Numbered from the stretch's first letter, positions 1 through 10,638 are shown. The stretch: DNA of 64,000 nucleotides from an uncultured virus (IMG/VR IMGVR_UViG_3300025009_000076) (IMGVR_UViG_3300025009_000076:1-64000), one strand, 5' to 3'. The notes: generated by a model not told the origin, from the sequence alone. Program-made: numbers and translations.

Positions 1-146
1 ACTGACATATAACCATTCTTATCTAACATGGGGTTAGTACATTCATAAAATGCAGAAGGTGCTTTATAATCCTCACACATCCTACAATATATTTTATCTG
101 GAATATTTAATTTAGGTTCTTTCACTGTTTTTCCAACTCTTGGAAT
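1..146 (-). CDS. 5' part of a Cys-containing protein (YonG-like / possible terminase small subunit), runs off window; ATT start
   Basis: SD AAGAGGTGA then ATT at 146; reads (M)PRVGKTVKEPKLNIPDKIYCRMCEDYKAPSAFYECTNPMLDKNGYMS; position after the yonJ-like gene fits SPbeta order. Confidence 0.5.
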   Translation of the reverse strand, partial: MPRVGKTVKEPKLNIPDKIYCRMCEDYKAPSAFYECTNPMLDKNGYMS

Positions 147-184
147 AGGTCTCACCTCTTTTTAATTAAATTTAGAAGAAGTCT

Positions 185-1375
185 TTAACCAACTTCTTCT
201 AAATCTTTATATTTACCACTAATATAATTTTCCTTAAACTCATTAAATTGTTCTACATTATTCTCACCATACCCAAAAACCTTGTGGAATAAAGCATGAA
301 CACCACCAGTTAAGCAAACACCTACTCCATGAACTTTATGTAATCTACCACATTCATTTTTCATTAATATTAATTCTTCATCTAAGTATTCATTAATAAA
401 TCTTCTTTTTTCGATATTTAAATTCTCGAATATCTCTTCAAATATTTTATCAAATCCATATAAATGATGAATTACATCAAATCGTTTATTTGTTACAACA
501 CATTTATAATTTGAAACTATCATCGATTCTTTCTTCCATTCTGTAATAGAATCTCTTAAAATTGAATTTATTTCAGAGAAACCACCCTTCCACATTGGGT
601 TGTTTTCTCCTTTGTGCATATCATAACTACATAGATTACAACCATAAGAATGAAGCATTGATTCATAAGATTTAGATTGGATTATTCCCTTATGTATTGG
701 ACATTCATATTCCAATGGTGATTGATTATTAATATAATCTTCTTCTTTTGATAAAAGAATTACTTTTTTATCTTTAAATAAATCTTGAACTTCACTAAAA
801 TCTCTTCGTTTATCTTTACTTAATTTGTCCCAAGAACAATATTTACAATCTTGATCTTTATATTTGAAATTTCCATATTTTATAGACTGAACACCTTTAT
901 TTATATGTTTGTTGCAAATGAAATCCATATATGATTCTGCATTTTTATAAGTTTTAGTTAATAATACTAAGTCTCTTTCTTTGAACTCTTCATCTATTCC
1001 ATTAATATTATATTTAGTTTTAGCAACTGCAATTTTACTACCCACACCTTTTATCTGTGGACTATACCTGACTCCATTTTTAATTAAGCATAATTCTTCT
1101 TGTTTCTTATGTTTACATTTATCACACGCATCTTTTATTATAGGTTGATTTTTATGACTATTTGTGTATTTATAATATGGTTTAGATATAACTGTTTCTA
1201 TTCCTTCTTCTAAGCAATAATCACATAAACATTGGATTGGTGCATTACTACCATCTAATAATTTATGAACATTAATTGTAATGACTTTTTTGTATTCCCA
1301 TTTATGACCTAAACTTTCAATGTATTTCTTATTGTTTGACAGGCAAGTTACTTCTACCTCTTTTGTAATTAACAT
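185..1375 (-). CDS. Free-standing HNH-type endonuclease with Zn-ribbon repeats
   Basis: CDYC, repeated C..H....C..C units, GENNPMWKGG, C-terminal HHLYGF...H.LFH.VFG..N; start moved to the ATG after AGAAGG. Confidence 0.7.
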   Translation of the reverse strand: MLITKEVEVTCLSNNKKYIESLGHKWEYKKVITINVHKLLDGSNAPIQCLCDYCLEEGIETVISKPYYKYTNSHKNQPIIKDACDKCKHKKQEELCLIKNGVRYSPQIKGVGSKIAVAKTKYNINGIDEEFKERDLVLLTKTYKNAESYMDFICNKHINKGVQSIKYGNFKYKDQDCKYCSWDKLSKDKRRDFSEVQDLFKDKKVILLSKEEDYINNQSPLEYECPIHKGIIQSKSYESMLHSYGCNLCSYDMHKGENNPMWKGGFSEINSILRDSITEWKKESMIVSNYKCVVTNKRFDVIHHLYGFDKIFEEIFENLNIEKRRFINEYLDEELILMKNECGRLHKVHGVGVCLTGGVHALFHKVFGYGENNVEQFNEFKENYISGKYKDLEEVG

Positions 1376-1618
1376 CTCTAATTCCTTCTTTCTATGCGTA
1401 ATATTATTTCTGTGCGATACAAAATAAATAGAGTAAGAAAGCCGCACAGAATGAGGTAGCTACTCCTCACAATTTACTTCCTTACTCATATGAACAAATT
1501 ATGCTCACATAAATACCTAGTCAATTAAGACTAGGCATAATCTAAACACAATTCCATCCACACAGAAAACGCCTGATTGCTCAAGCGTCTTATAACTTAC
1601 AAAATATTAAATTATTAT

Positions 1619-2380
1619 CTAATTCAATAAATCCTTATTACTATTATCCAACGTTTTATTTCCATATTTAACCTCTAATTGATGCTTTATATAATCCTGC
1701 TTAAATCCCAAAGTAGTCAATGCAGTTACAATCGTCTCTGCTTCATCTACAATCTTTAATTCAGTCTCAGTTAAATAATCTCTAGTTAAATCACTTTTCT
1801 TATTTATATTTCTGGTTTCTCTTATTTGTTTTGCTTTCATATTGAATAAAATAAGATATACCATGTCAGTGTAATTGCTATATGTATACTTATTTATATT
1901 TGGAACATATTCTTGAATACTAGAAGTCATTCTTTTCCTATCTACTTTACCTACTTCACGTTGTAAGTCCCATTTTTCTTGTTTTCCAAAAAATGCTTTA
2001 GATAATACATCTTTAGCATTCAATTGATAATCAATAAGTTTATCCATAACTTCAGGTTTATTTTTTTGCATATCTTTAGTAATAGAAATTTTAGCCAACC
2101 ATAAAGGTAAAAAATCTAACTCAAGACATAATGACTGCTGATTACCTCCTTTTGTGGGGAGGATGAGATTACGTCCCCCTTTAGAAAGTACAATATCTTC
2201 TTGAATCTTTTTTCTCTCATTTTTTAACTGACCTTCTGACAAACCTATTCCATTACAAATCCAATTCACACCTACATAACTTTTACCAGTGTCTTTCATT
2301 TTTACGACTATGATTAGATTACCATTAAAATCAACTTCCATTAACTCCAGTTCTTTAAGTTTTACTAATTGATTTGACAT
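1619..2380 (-). CDS. Phage antirepressor-like protein (P22 Ant N-terminal type domain)
   Basis: YVGVNWICNGIGL..Q..KIQED..LS and LCLELDFLPLWLAKI motifs. Confidence 0.75.
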   Translation of the reverse strand: MSNQLVKLKELELMEVDFNGNLIIVVKMKDTGKSYVGVNWICNGIGLSEGQLKNERKKIQEDIVLSKGGRNLILPTKGGNQQSLCLELDFLPLWLAKISITKDMQKNKPEVMDKLIDYQLNAKDVLSKAFFGKQEKWDLQREVGKVDRKRMTSSIQEYVPNINKYTYSNYTDMVYLILFNMKAKQIRETRNINKKSDLTRDYLTETELKIVDEAETIVTALTTLGFKQDYIKHQLEVKYGNKTLDNSNKDLLN

Positions 2381-2534
2381 AGCAAATCCTCCTGCTCATT
2401 TTTATAGTGGAAGTACGAGCAATACTTATCAGTGCATTTATATAGCAACCTATCCTTGTATAACTTATTTTGTTACACAAAAATACTCCTAACAAAAGCT
2501 AGGATCACTATCTATAGCAAAATTTTATTTATTT

Positions 2535-3344
2535 CTATTCCAAATAACTCCCACATCTATCACAAAACTTAGCATCAGATCCACTAACTTTACCGCAAAT
2601 CTTACATTGCAATTTATCTCTTACAGTAACAACCTTCTCAACTTTGTCTCCGATATCATTAAACCCAACTAATCTTAAAATAATCACATGAGAATTTTCT
2701 TCCAATACACCGATATTCCCATATTTAAATTCTTGATTAATCTCTTCGCCTTTTACAGTAATTCCCTCATCAAAACTTTTAAGATTTACAGAATTATTTA
2801 AAGAACAATTCTGTGCAGTAAAACTAGTTTGGCAAATACTATTATCAAACGATCTTAAACAATCAGTCTGTACAGATTTAGGTGTTGTACTAGACGTAAC
2901 AGTTATCCAAGTAGGATTATAATCATAAATAGGTTGTTTATAAGTAATCCAAGGGCTAATAGGATTAAATACTTGATTAATCTGTTGAGTAATTGGTTTT
3001 AATTTCTCATACCAAAATTCAACCCTAATCAATCCATCTTCAATTTTATCTCCACGATATTCAGAAATTTCTTTTGTTTTTGGTATAAATTTAAACTTAT
3101 TTTTTGCAGTACAATCACTTAAAAATCCTTCTAATTCAGTTGTCTCATTTGGATTAACTAATAATGACTGGCCATTAAGTACATCTACTCCATCTATAGA
3201 TATCTTAACTTTTGCTTTTCTTGATTCCATATTCTTGATATAAATAGAATACTCGCTACCAAATGGAATTTGAATTATCCCCTCTTTTTCTCTAAGGATT
3301 TTGCCATTATTTTTGAGACAGACCACCATTTTCTCTTGATACAT
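2535..3344 (-). CDS. Hypothetical protein with C-terminal zinc ribbon
   Basis: ORF with SD; CKICG...FCDRCG at C-terminus. Confidence 0.7.
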   Translation of the reverse strand: MYQEKMVVCLKNNGKILREKEGIIQIPFGSEYSIYIKNMESRKAKVKISIDGVDVLNGQSLLVNPNETTELEGFLSDCTAKNKFKFIPKTKEISEYRGDKIEDGLIRVEFWYEKLKPITQQINQVFNPISPWITYKQPIYDYNPTWITVTSSTTPKSVQTDCLRSFDNSICQTSFTAQNCSLNNSVNLKSFDEGITVKGEEINQEFKYGNIGVLEENSHVIILRLVGFNDIGDKVEKVVTVRDKLQCKICGKVSGSDAKFCDRCGSYLE

Positions 3345-3493
3345 TTTTTATCATCCTTTCTAGAGCACTGACTAAACTCTAAATATTAAAGTCAGTTATT
3401 TTTATTAATGCTTATTTATTTATAAGCACAAGTAGACACACCAAATTAATGATGTGTCTGATCTACTTATAAATAAATTACAATCTAATAATT

Positions 3494-4288
3494 TTATCTC
3501 TTTCTCAAATTATCCTCAATCTTTAAAATAGTATATTTTGCAATTTTATCTAAATTTTCTTTGTCAAGTTTACTATTATCCCAAATCAAATTATCAATAT
3601 GAATATTAACAGTATTTTTTCCTTCGATTTCTTCATCATTTTCTTCTCTAGCATTTTCATACCCCATAGACATACATTCCTGCAACATACTATAAAGAAT
3701 ATTCCTTAATTCTGATCCATACTCACATTCACTATTCTCAATATATCCAGCATAATGTTCTACTAAACCAATTTCATATTCTTCATCTTCAGTAAATTCT
3801 CCACGGAATTGTTTGCATGATACACAAGAACAATTTTGATAATGCTCTTCACCATCTAACAATTCATCAACATTTTCACAATCATATTCTTCTTCCAAAC
3901 AATTCTCATTATCAAATTCACAAAATATTACCCTACCTTTTCCTGCTAAGAATTCTCTAACATCTCCAAAACTCATATCAGACATCACAAAATAATCTAT
4001 ATTATCTACCTCGTCATATTTATATGTACCATCATCCATTTTAGCAAATTCACAAAAGAAACCAATTTCTTTATCTTTGTAAAATTGTAAACTGACATAG
4101 TATTCATCAACATCACTTGACAATTCCATACATTCAGCATCTATCCCATAGTAATTGTGGATATAATCATAAATATAATGAGCTACTGAAAAGTCGCAAA
4201 TAAACATTAAATTTTGTTCAGAGTCTAAGTGAGAATCAATAATTTCTTCAACTTGAGATAATGTATATTTTATTTTGTTAATCAGCAT
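3494..4288 (-). CDS. Acidic hypothetical protein
   Basis: 264 aa ORF, SD GAGG. Confidence 0.7.
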   Translation of the reverse strand: MLINKIKYTLSQVEEIIDSHLDSEQNLMFICDFSVAHYIYDYIHNYYGIDAECMELSSDVDEYYVSLQFYKDKEIGFFCEFAKMDDGTYKYDEVDNIDYFVMSDMSFGDVREFLAGKGRVIFCEFDNENCLEEEYDCENVDELLDGEEHYQNCSCVSCKQFRGEFTEDEEYEIGLVEHYAGYIENSECEYGSELRNILYSMLQECMSMGYENAREENDEEIEGKNTVNIHIDNLIWDNSKLDKENLDKIAKYTILKIEDNLRKR

Positions 4289-4368
4289 AATTAATATTCC
4301 TCGCTTTTATATTTTATTTTATCTTTATATGTTAAAGTTAGATTGTATTATTTATGTTTTAATAAAAC

Positions 4369-4761
4369 TTACAACATATCCTTCTCTTTTAATAATACAC
4401 TATTCTTAGAAACTTCAATGCTTCCATCTGTCTGAATACGAGACATGGTAATATTGTGATCAACATTCATTTTATTCATAATAATAGAAACTACATCTTC
4501 CATAGACATACCTGAATTAATCAAACAAGTATAAAATCCAGAAAAATAACTTGCTTCTTTTATTCCTTTAATAAATTCATCTTTATCAATTTGAATATCT
4601 TTATCATTTTCTAGATTATCTGTAGAAATGGAAAAAGGTTCTGTGAACATGAGGATGTCATCTAATGGTGATTTTGTTTCTGGTTCTGTATTTGTATCTG
4701 GTTTAGATGTTTCTGAGGTTTCTGAGGTTTCTGTGATTATTTCTTTGCAGTTATCGCACAT
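4369..4761 (-). CDS. Hypothetical protein
   Basis: 130 aa ORF, SD AAGGAG. Confidence 0.7.
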   Translation of the reverse strand: MCDNCKEIITETSETSETSKPDTNTEPETKSPLDDILMFTEPFSISTDNLENDKDIQIDKDEFIKGIKEASYFSGFYTCLINSGMSMEDVVSIIMNKMNVDHNITMSRIQTDGSIEVSKNSVLLKEKDML

Positions 4762-4781
4762 ATGTTATTTCTCCTTGTAAT

Positions 4782-5381
4782 TTAGATTATTTTGTCTACA
4801 CATCCCAGTAAAATTGCTTCTTCAGGCCATAAATATACGTCCAAATCATGTTCAGTAATATCATCAAGTTTTTCTTGAGTAATATTAGTATATTTAAGAA
4901 TTACATCTTGACACCTACGCCATGATGCCTCTAGGTCTTTTAACTTTCTTTTTGTTTGCTCTACTGATGTATTTCCCATTTCAAAACTTTGTACTTGATG
5001 GTAGAGAAATCGAGTATGGTTTTGACAAATACGCTCAGAAGTAGATATGAAAATCTTAAACGCACCACTCATTATTTTTCCATATGCTTTACCAATGATT
5101 TTATAACCACTCTCCTTGAGTGTTTCTATGGTAGCAATTATACTTAGTGATGCAAAAACTGAGCCACCATAACTAGAAATTTTAAGAATAATTGGTTCTG
5201 CTTTGGAAGGTGTTATTCCACTTGCTTTATCTCTTTCTACTATTTTCTCAAACATTCTATTAACAATAAATTCGGTTTCTTCATTGATAGAATCGTCGTT
5301 AATGTAGATTGTGCGCTCATTAATGTAGGCATTGAGTTTAATTTCCTCGATAATTTTATTAATTGGTATCATAATTTCCAT
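4782..5381 (-). CDS. ClpP-family protease
   Basis: ISSYGGSV, IMSGA (catalytic Ser), FLYHQ (His), D.YLWPEEA..LG.VDKI. Confidence 0.85.
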   Translation of the reverse strand: MEIMIPINKIIEEIKLNAYINERTIYINDDSINEETEFIVNRMFEKIVERDKASGITPSKAEPIILKISSYGGSVFASLSIIATIETLKESGYKIIGKAYGKIMSGAFKIFISTSERICQNHTRFLYHQVQSFEMGNTSVEQTKRKLKDLEASWRRCQDVILKYTNITQEKLDDITEHDLDVYLWPEEAILLGCVDKII

Positions 5382-5407
5382 ATACTTATTACCCTTCAGT
5401 TATTTAA

Positions 5408-6742
5408 TTAATCCTTAATCACAGTATTCATAATATCAATAATCCCATATTCCTTACTAACAATAAAACTTTGACTCTTCTTAACTGTACCAGTATAAGC
5501 TTGAGAATAAGACCACTCTGAATTAGAACTCACAGTTGGTAATCTCCTAATCTCAACCCCATAATCGTCAATGACCATTGTCTTATGCTGATGTGCAACA
5601 AACCAATACAAATAATCACAATCACTAATATATTCTTTTGCTTCATTATGTATTGTCTTAAATGCTGACTTTTCATTAATATCGTGTGCTATCCCCACTA
5701 ATACTCGCCCATACTTAATATATTTCCTATCCAATGTCCCGGTATCAATCCACACATTATCATTATTTCTATACCACGAATTTAAAACTTGAAAGATTCC
5801 AAACGTAGTATATCTATCATGATTAGAATTGCAATTCCATACTTCTACAGGAGCAATTTGTGATAAAATATCAATAGCTTTAATTAATAAATCAGATACT
5901 TTCGTAAACATTTGATAATGACTTACTGAGTGATCTGTCTGAGGAGTTCCTTTTGTAGTCTGATATGGGGTATCAAAATTACATATATCACCTAGATTTA
6001 ATAATATAATCTTATCTATTTCTTTATGTTTAATTCTACTTACAACATCATTAATTACATAGAAAAATCTATTAGTTGCAATTACATCATCATATTCATT
6101 ATTACTTGTTTCTAAGTAACTTTTTAATCCTACATGTAAATCTGCTATGTTTAATATAAGCAAATTTCCATTTGTGATGGGATTATATTTAGTATGTTTA
6201 GGGGATGGGATAGAGTAGTTTTTGATTAAATTGTCTAGTATTTTTGTAATATTGTCTTCATTAAGTAATATTTCAGTCCTTGGTTTAACGCTCACCTTTG
6301 AACTGTAGAGAACCTTTACTCCATCTTCCTTAGTATTCATATGCCACATGCTATTTTTGGCACTAAGCAAAATAAACTTATCAGGCGAATATCCATGTGA
6401 TTTCAAAACAAATTCAGGATCTTTAGATTCTTCAAGACTCATAGAAATTAATTTATCAGAAACTTGAGAATCATCTTGCTTGATTTCTACAGATTCTTTA
6501 TAATTAGGTTTAGATGGAGTAGAAGCAGGAATAATTAATTCTCTATCACCATTACCAAGAATAATACCATTAATAATATCTTTTGCTTTTAATGTTCCAT
6601 TTGCTTTTCTATATTTCTTGAATTTACTTCTTAATCCTTCACCTGTGCTTTGAGGATAATACAATTTTGCTAAAGTATCCCAAGAATCAGATATTTTCTT
6701 ATTGTACTTTTGGTAACAAATTTCTATTAATTTTTTATCCAA
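5408..6742 (-). CDS. Calcineurin-like metallophosphoesterase (SPbeta YonJ-like)
   Basis: ADLH, LGD, SNHD, AH, AHQH motifs; synteny with yonK/yonN/yonO-like genes. Confidence 0.8.
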   Translation of the reverse strand: MDKKLIEICYQKYNKKISDSWDTLAKLYYPQSTGEGLRSKFKKYRKANGTLKAKDIINGIILGNGDRELIIPASTPSKPNYKESVEIKQDDSQVSDKLISMSLEESKDPEFVLKSHGYSPDKFILLSAKNSMWHMNTKEDGVKVLYSSKVSVKPRTEILLNEDNITKILDNLIKNYSIPSPKHTKYNPITNGNLLILNIADLHVGLKSYLETSNNEYDDVIATNRFFYVINDVVSRIKHKEIDKIILLNLGDICNFDTPYQTTKGTPQTDHSVSHYQMFTKVSDLLIKAIDILSQIAPVEVWNCNSNHDRYTTFGIFQVLNSWYRNNDNVWIDTGTLDRKYIKYGRVLVGIAHDINEKSAFKTIHNEAKEYISDCDYLYWFVAHQHKTMVIDDYGVEIRRLPTVSSNSEWSYSQAYTGTVKKSQSFIVSKEYGIIDIMNTVIKD

Positions 6743-6768
6743 TATGTTGTTAATACCACCCTATATAT

Positions 6769-7587
6769 TTATTTTATACTTTTATATAACCTACATATAC
6801 TTAAATAATATCTTTCATTTAACATCTTTTTAAGCTCTTTGCGATTATAAAACTTAAACAAGCACTTTACAAATGAATTTAAGTAATTGTTTTCTTCTTT
6901 ATTCACAATAAACTTTTCTTTATTATCATCATCAATACTATAATTTATTTTGTAAGAATTTGTTTGTATCGTATTTCTACTTACAATATTAATAATTCCA
7001 CTATTATTAAACTGATTAATAATTTTTATTAAAGTATTTTTTGATTTAATTCCAGTTTTTCTAGACATTTCTTTATAAGACATATAGAAAACACCATTAT
7101 CATCTGAATATCTTTTACTATTTATAAGCATAGCATATAGCAATAATTTTTCATTCTTTGTCTTTTGTTTTAAAACTTCCAAAATTTCTAAATATGTAAT
7201 ATCTATATTAGTTGCATCAATCTCATACATCCCTTTTCTTCTAATGCTTATGTTTATTTTATGCTCTTCTGAAAATACATCTTTAGTACCACCATAATCA
7301 ATATTATATCCGTGAAATCTGTCTCTACTATTATAAAATTCTATCCAATAAGATTCCCTCTCATTAATAATATCCTCACTACATTCTTCTTGAATTTCAT
7401 ATGTAAAACTATCAATACCATACTTATTATAAGCTCTTTGTAAATGAATATTAAAATGAGTGTTCGCTTTTAATGTGCTTTTGTGTCCTCTTAACCTAGT
7501 ATCTATATCTTGACTTTGACCAATATATACTTTATTATTTATTATATTAGTTATTTTATATATTCCTATTTTCTTATCCTTTGCCAT
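6769..7587 (-). CDS. GIY-YIG endonuclease fused to a C-terminal HTH-like domain
   Basis: GIYKI...VYIGQS..R..H, ERE..WI..GYN; C-terminal MSYKEMSRKTGIKSKNT. Confidence 0.8.
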   Translation of the reverse strand: MAKDKKIGIYKITNIINNKVYIGQSQDIDTRLRGHKSTLKANTHFNIHLQRAYNKYGIDSFTYEIQEECSEDIINERESYWIEFYNSRDRFHGYNIDYGGTKDVFSEEHKINISIRRKGMYEIDATNIDITYLEILEVLKQKTKNEKLLLYAMLINSKRYSDDNGVFYMSYKEMSRKTGIKSKNTLIKIINQFNNSGIINIVSRNTIQTNSYKINYSIDDDNKEKFIVNKEENNYLNSFVKCLFKFYNRKELKKMLNERYYLSICRLYKSIK

Positions 7588-7758
7588 TATCGCATAACCG
7601 CCTTTCATCATCTCGAAATGCCTACACAACAAGTAAACCCCTCTACACCTACTGGCATAAGGGATTCAGACATTGGTGACATTCATGTCCCGACTCCTAA
7701 AATAAAACCTTGTTTAACCTACTTTTTAAAACTTCTCAAGTGACATCTATGACACTAA

Positions 7759-8394
7759 TTATTGCTCAGAATCCTTGATTTTAGTGCGTTTTGTGGCTGT
7801 ATCCTTTCTATTACTTCTACACTTTTCGTATCCTATGGTGTCGAATAATCTAGGAACTAGAATATTGATATTTTTACCACAATAAAGAAGATAAGGATTA
7901 ACCAAATAAAAGGTTTCCTTACCCAATTCATAACTAACTATTGCTAATTTTCCTCTTAAATTTTTCATATTTCTATTTACAGTTCTTCTATCAATGTCTA
8001 ATAATGTTGCCAAACTAATTTGATTTAATGGATTATCTTCCAAATCAACGATTAAATTCATTTCCCATTTTAAATAAGGAGATAAAGAATATAAAAATGC
8101 TAATTCACTTTTTGTAATTCCATATTGTTCAACAGCATGAGCAATTTCTAAATTAAATACTTTAGTGAAATGATCTTTTGGTTTCCAGTGTTGTTTCTTA
8201 ACATCCTTTACAAAAAGAGAAGCAGTTAAAGTATTATCTTCATCTTTTTTAAGATATTGTTTTATAAAGTCTCCAATTTCTTTTTGTGCTTTTATATCCT
8301 TAAACGTATCAACGTCACTAACAAAAATATCTGCTAATATCCGCATAGTTTTATCTTCCATTGTAGGCATCACCTCTTTCATCATCACAGACAA
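7759..8394 (-). CDS. RepL-like winged-HTH DNA-binding protein (start uncertain)
   Basis: LNQISLATLLDIDRRTVNRNMKNL HTH and YLVNPYL motif. Confidence 0.65.
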   Translation of the reverse strand: MSVMMKEVMPTMEDKTMRILADIFVSDVDTFKDIKAQKEIGDFIKQYLKKDEDNTLTASLFVKDVKKQHWKPKDHFTKVFNLEIAHAVEQYGITKSELAFLYSLSPYLKWEMNLIVDLEDNPLNQISLATLLDIDRRTVNRNMKNLRGKLAIVSYELGKETFYLVNPYLLYCGKNINILVPRLFDTIGYEKCRSNRKDTATKRTKIKDSEQ

Positions 8395-8400
8395 ATAAAA

Positions 8401-8646
8401 TTATTTTAAAATTTTATGTTTGTCTAATTCCCTTCTTAATAGGGATGTTGCTTTAGTTAATTTGTTTAAATTAACCATTGCTTTATAATTTAAAAAATCA
8501 TTAATTAATTTTTGAAATAATTCAGGTTTATTATTATCAATTTTAAAATAAACACTTTCATCTTTTTTCTCTGAACCAACTAATTGAAATTTGTAACTAA
8601 CAAATAATGCTGCCAAGTAGAAATCTTTTGTTTCAAAAATATTCAT
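8401..8646 (-). CDS. Small DUF5659-like protein
   Basis: FETKDFYLAALF..VYF motif; SD AAAGGTGA. Confidence 0.6.
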   Translation of the reverse strand: MNIFETKDFYLAALFVSYKFQLVGSEKKDESVYFKIDNNKPELFQKLINDFLNYKAMVNLNKLTKATSLLRRELDKHKILK

Positions 8647-8780
8647 TGTTTTATCACCTTTCATCATCAAAATATGTAACATAAACTTTACGACTTTTTG
8701 CATTGTTATGATTTTTTATTTCCTCTGTCACGCATTAATTCACGCTTCCCTTCATATCTCTTCATATCATGTAGGAATTT

Positions 8781-8960
8781 TTATTTCCTACGACACCATT
8801 CACCGAATGCTTGTTTTACTTCATCTGTATTTTTAAACATAGTATATGTATCGCCTTTACTTCCATTTCCTACTTTTAAAGGTAAAATTCCTTTAGAAAA
8901 ATAAAATTGTGACTGAAATTGATTGTAAATATAAACAAATTCTTTTTCCTTAGTAATCAT
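8781..8960 (-). CDS. 59 aa protein, paralog of 28509..28736 (not in ORF track)
   Basis: MITKEKEFVYIYNQFQSQFYFSKGILP...AFGEWCRRK aligns with FIFIYNLIQAEFYFHKGIAP...AFTDWCNRK. Confidence 0.7.
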   Translation of the reverse strand: MITKEKEFVYIYNQFQSQFYFSKGILPLKVGNGSKGDTYTMFKNTDEVKQAFGEWCRRK

Positions 8961-8982
8961 ATCAAATCCCCACTTTCTTAAA

Positions 8983-9351
8983 CTAAATCAATTCACTATA
9001 CCAACAATCCCTACACACTAAATAAGTCTTATCATAAAAGAATGCCAACCAGTATCTCTTATTACTATTTTTACAAATAGGGCAAGTAGTATCAGCATTT
9101 TCTATGTCATAATCATTATTATCAATATCACCACCGACAATCCTAATCTTATCCTCCAATTCAGGATAAACATAATATTTCTCAGTCGGCTTACTAACAC
9201 AATATAGCACCGGAATATTTATATTATTATTATCAATATCTACGATATCATCAACAATTGCAAATAAACCATTCCAATTTGAGTTGTCAAGAATTTGTAC
9301 TTGAGTTCCTGTACTTAGTTTAGTTTTGTTGTTTAGTTTCATTTTATCCAT
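8983..9351 (-). CDS. Hypothetical protein with C-terminal CxxC...CxxC
   Basis: ORF with SD AAGGAG. Confidence 0.6.
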   Translation of the reverse strand: MDKMKLNNKTKLSTGTQVQILDNSNWNGLFAIVDDIVDIDNNNINIPVLYCVSKPTEKYYVYPELEDKIRIVGGDIDNNDYDIENADTTCPICKNSNKRYWLAFFYDKTYLVCRDCWYSELI

Positions 9352-9440
9352 TTGATAAAAATCATCTCCTTATTAGAGAAAAGTTTATAATGATAGTTTT
9401 TATATGGGTTGTACTATCAAACCCATTTAGTGTTTTATAT

Positions 9441-9868
9441 ACTAACCAGAAAAGCAAGCAAAATAAGACTATTTTTCTTAATTAATTATATTATCCATTT
9501 ATTTATTAAAAATCAATATCCTCTTATTTCTAAGAGAGTATCTTTTAAAATACTTTATTTTTAATATTTGTTCTTCTATAAGGATTTAAAATCCTAAAAT
9601 TTATCAAATGGTGATTAACGAAACGATTGTCGTATTTATGAATAATGTACTAATGTCATATCGTATTGGTGAATAATGATTTTGCGCTTAGTGATAGATT
9701 AGCGATTCTTCTTGCTTGTGACAGCAAACCTAAATTTTGTTTTATTATTATGTATTTAATATACATAACCTGCACTATTTTGCAATGTTTGAATATGGTA
9801 ACTTGAATTTACATCTAATTTCAGATGTCCAAATAAATAGTCTATATCTTGCTTTGCTTCTGGTTAGT
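9441..9868 (-). ncRNA. Candidate ~430 nt structured RNA downstream of the 232 aa gene
   Basis: 9441-9474 is complementary to 9835-9868; internal hairpins; degenerate 7-8 nt repeat tract at 9606-9706; no ORF. Confidence 0.5.
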
Positions 9869-9939
9869 TGTTTTAATTAGTAGAGATGTGGTTAGGCATC
9901 TCTACTAATTAATTGTCATGGTTAATTATTAGATAAAGA

Positions 9940-10638
9940 TTATAAATCAATAGAATATAAATATTTACTCACAATATCTGCTGTTGAATCATGAATGCTA
10001 TAAGGGAATTCATATTCCACAATTTCTTCCATCATGGATTTTTCAATAGAAATACTAAGTTTATCAGCTTTTTCTAGTAATGACTTATAATTATCACTAA
10101 CAATACTTCTATCAAAATTAATTGTTTTAGTAATTACTACATCATACCTATATGGAGTCTCATTACCTTCCTGATTGAATTTAAATCCTTGTGCGACAGT
10201 CTTTTTCTCGTCTGTTTTTATATTGATAAGACTATTTAATACATTAGCTAAATTTCTAGATTGTTTTGCATTTGATATAGCAGAATCTAAGCTAAGATTT
10301 TTATTATCCTTAGTTTGAATTACTATATTTCTTTTTGCTAACTCTACTGAAATTTCTAATTTTGTCTTTTCTGAAATCAAGTCTTGAATAAGATTAATTA
10401 CATCTACAGTTGAAGCATCTGGATATTCTTTAATAGTAGTTGTATCTAATTCCTCATTTTTTGCTTCTGGATTGGACTTTTCTTTAAGATGTTGTTCAAG
10501 TACAGAAATAGAATTATTTTTATTAGAAAGATATGAAGTTAGAGATGAAATAGTTTTATCAATATAAACCAATGTGCGAAAGGACTCTTTTAGTGAAATT
10601 GTTGAATTAGTGTTTTGTGAATTTTGTGAATTAGACAT
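9940..10638 (-). CDS. Helical/coiled-coil hypothetical protein
   Basis: 232 aa, SD GAAAGAAGG; SLKESFR, FNQEGNETPY.Y motifs. Confidence 0.75.
   Translation of the reverse strand: MSNSQNSQNTNSTISLKESFRTLVYIDKTISSLTSYLSNKNNSISVLEQHLKEKSNPEAKNEELDTTTIKEYPDASTVDVINLIQDLISEKTKLEISVELAKRNIVIQTKDNKNLSLDSAISNAKQSRNLANVLNSLINIKTDEKKTVAQGFKFNQEGNETPYRYDVVITKTINFDRSIVSDNYKSLLEKADKLSISIEKSMMEEIVEYEFPYSIHDSTADIVSKYLYSIDL

Noticed and set aside
9441..10638. Diversity-generating retroelement or retron
   Set aside because: No reverse transcriptase and no TR/VR pair in the window.
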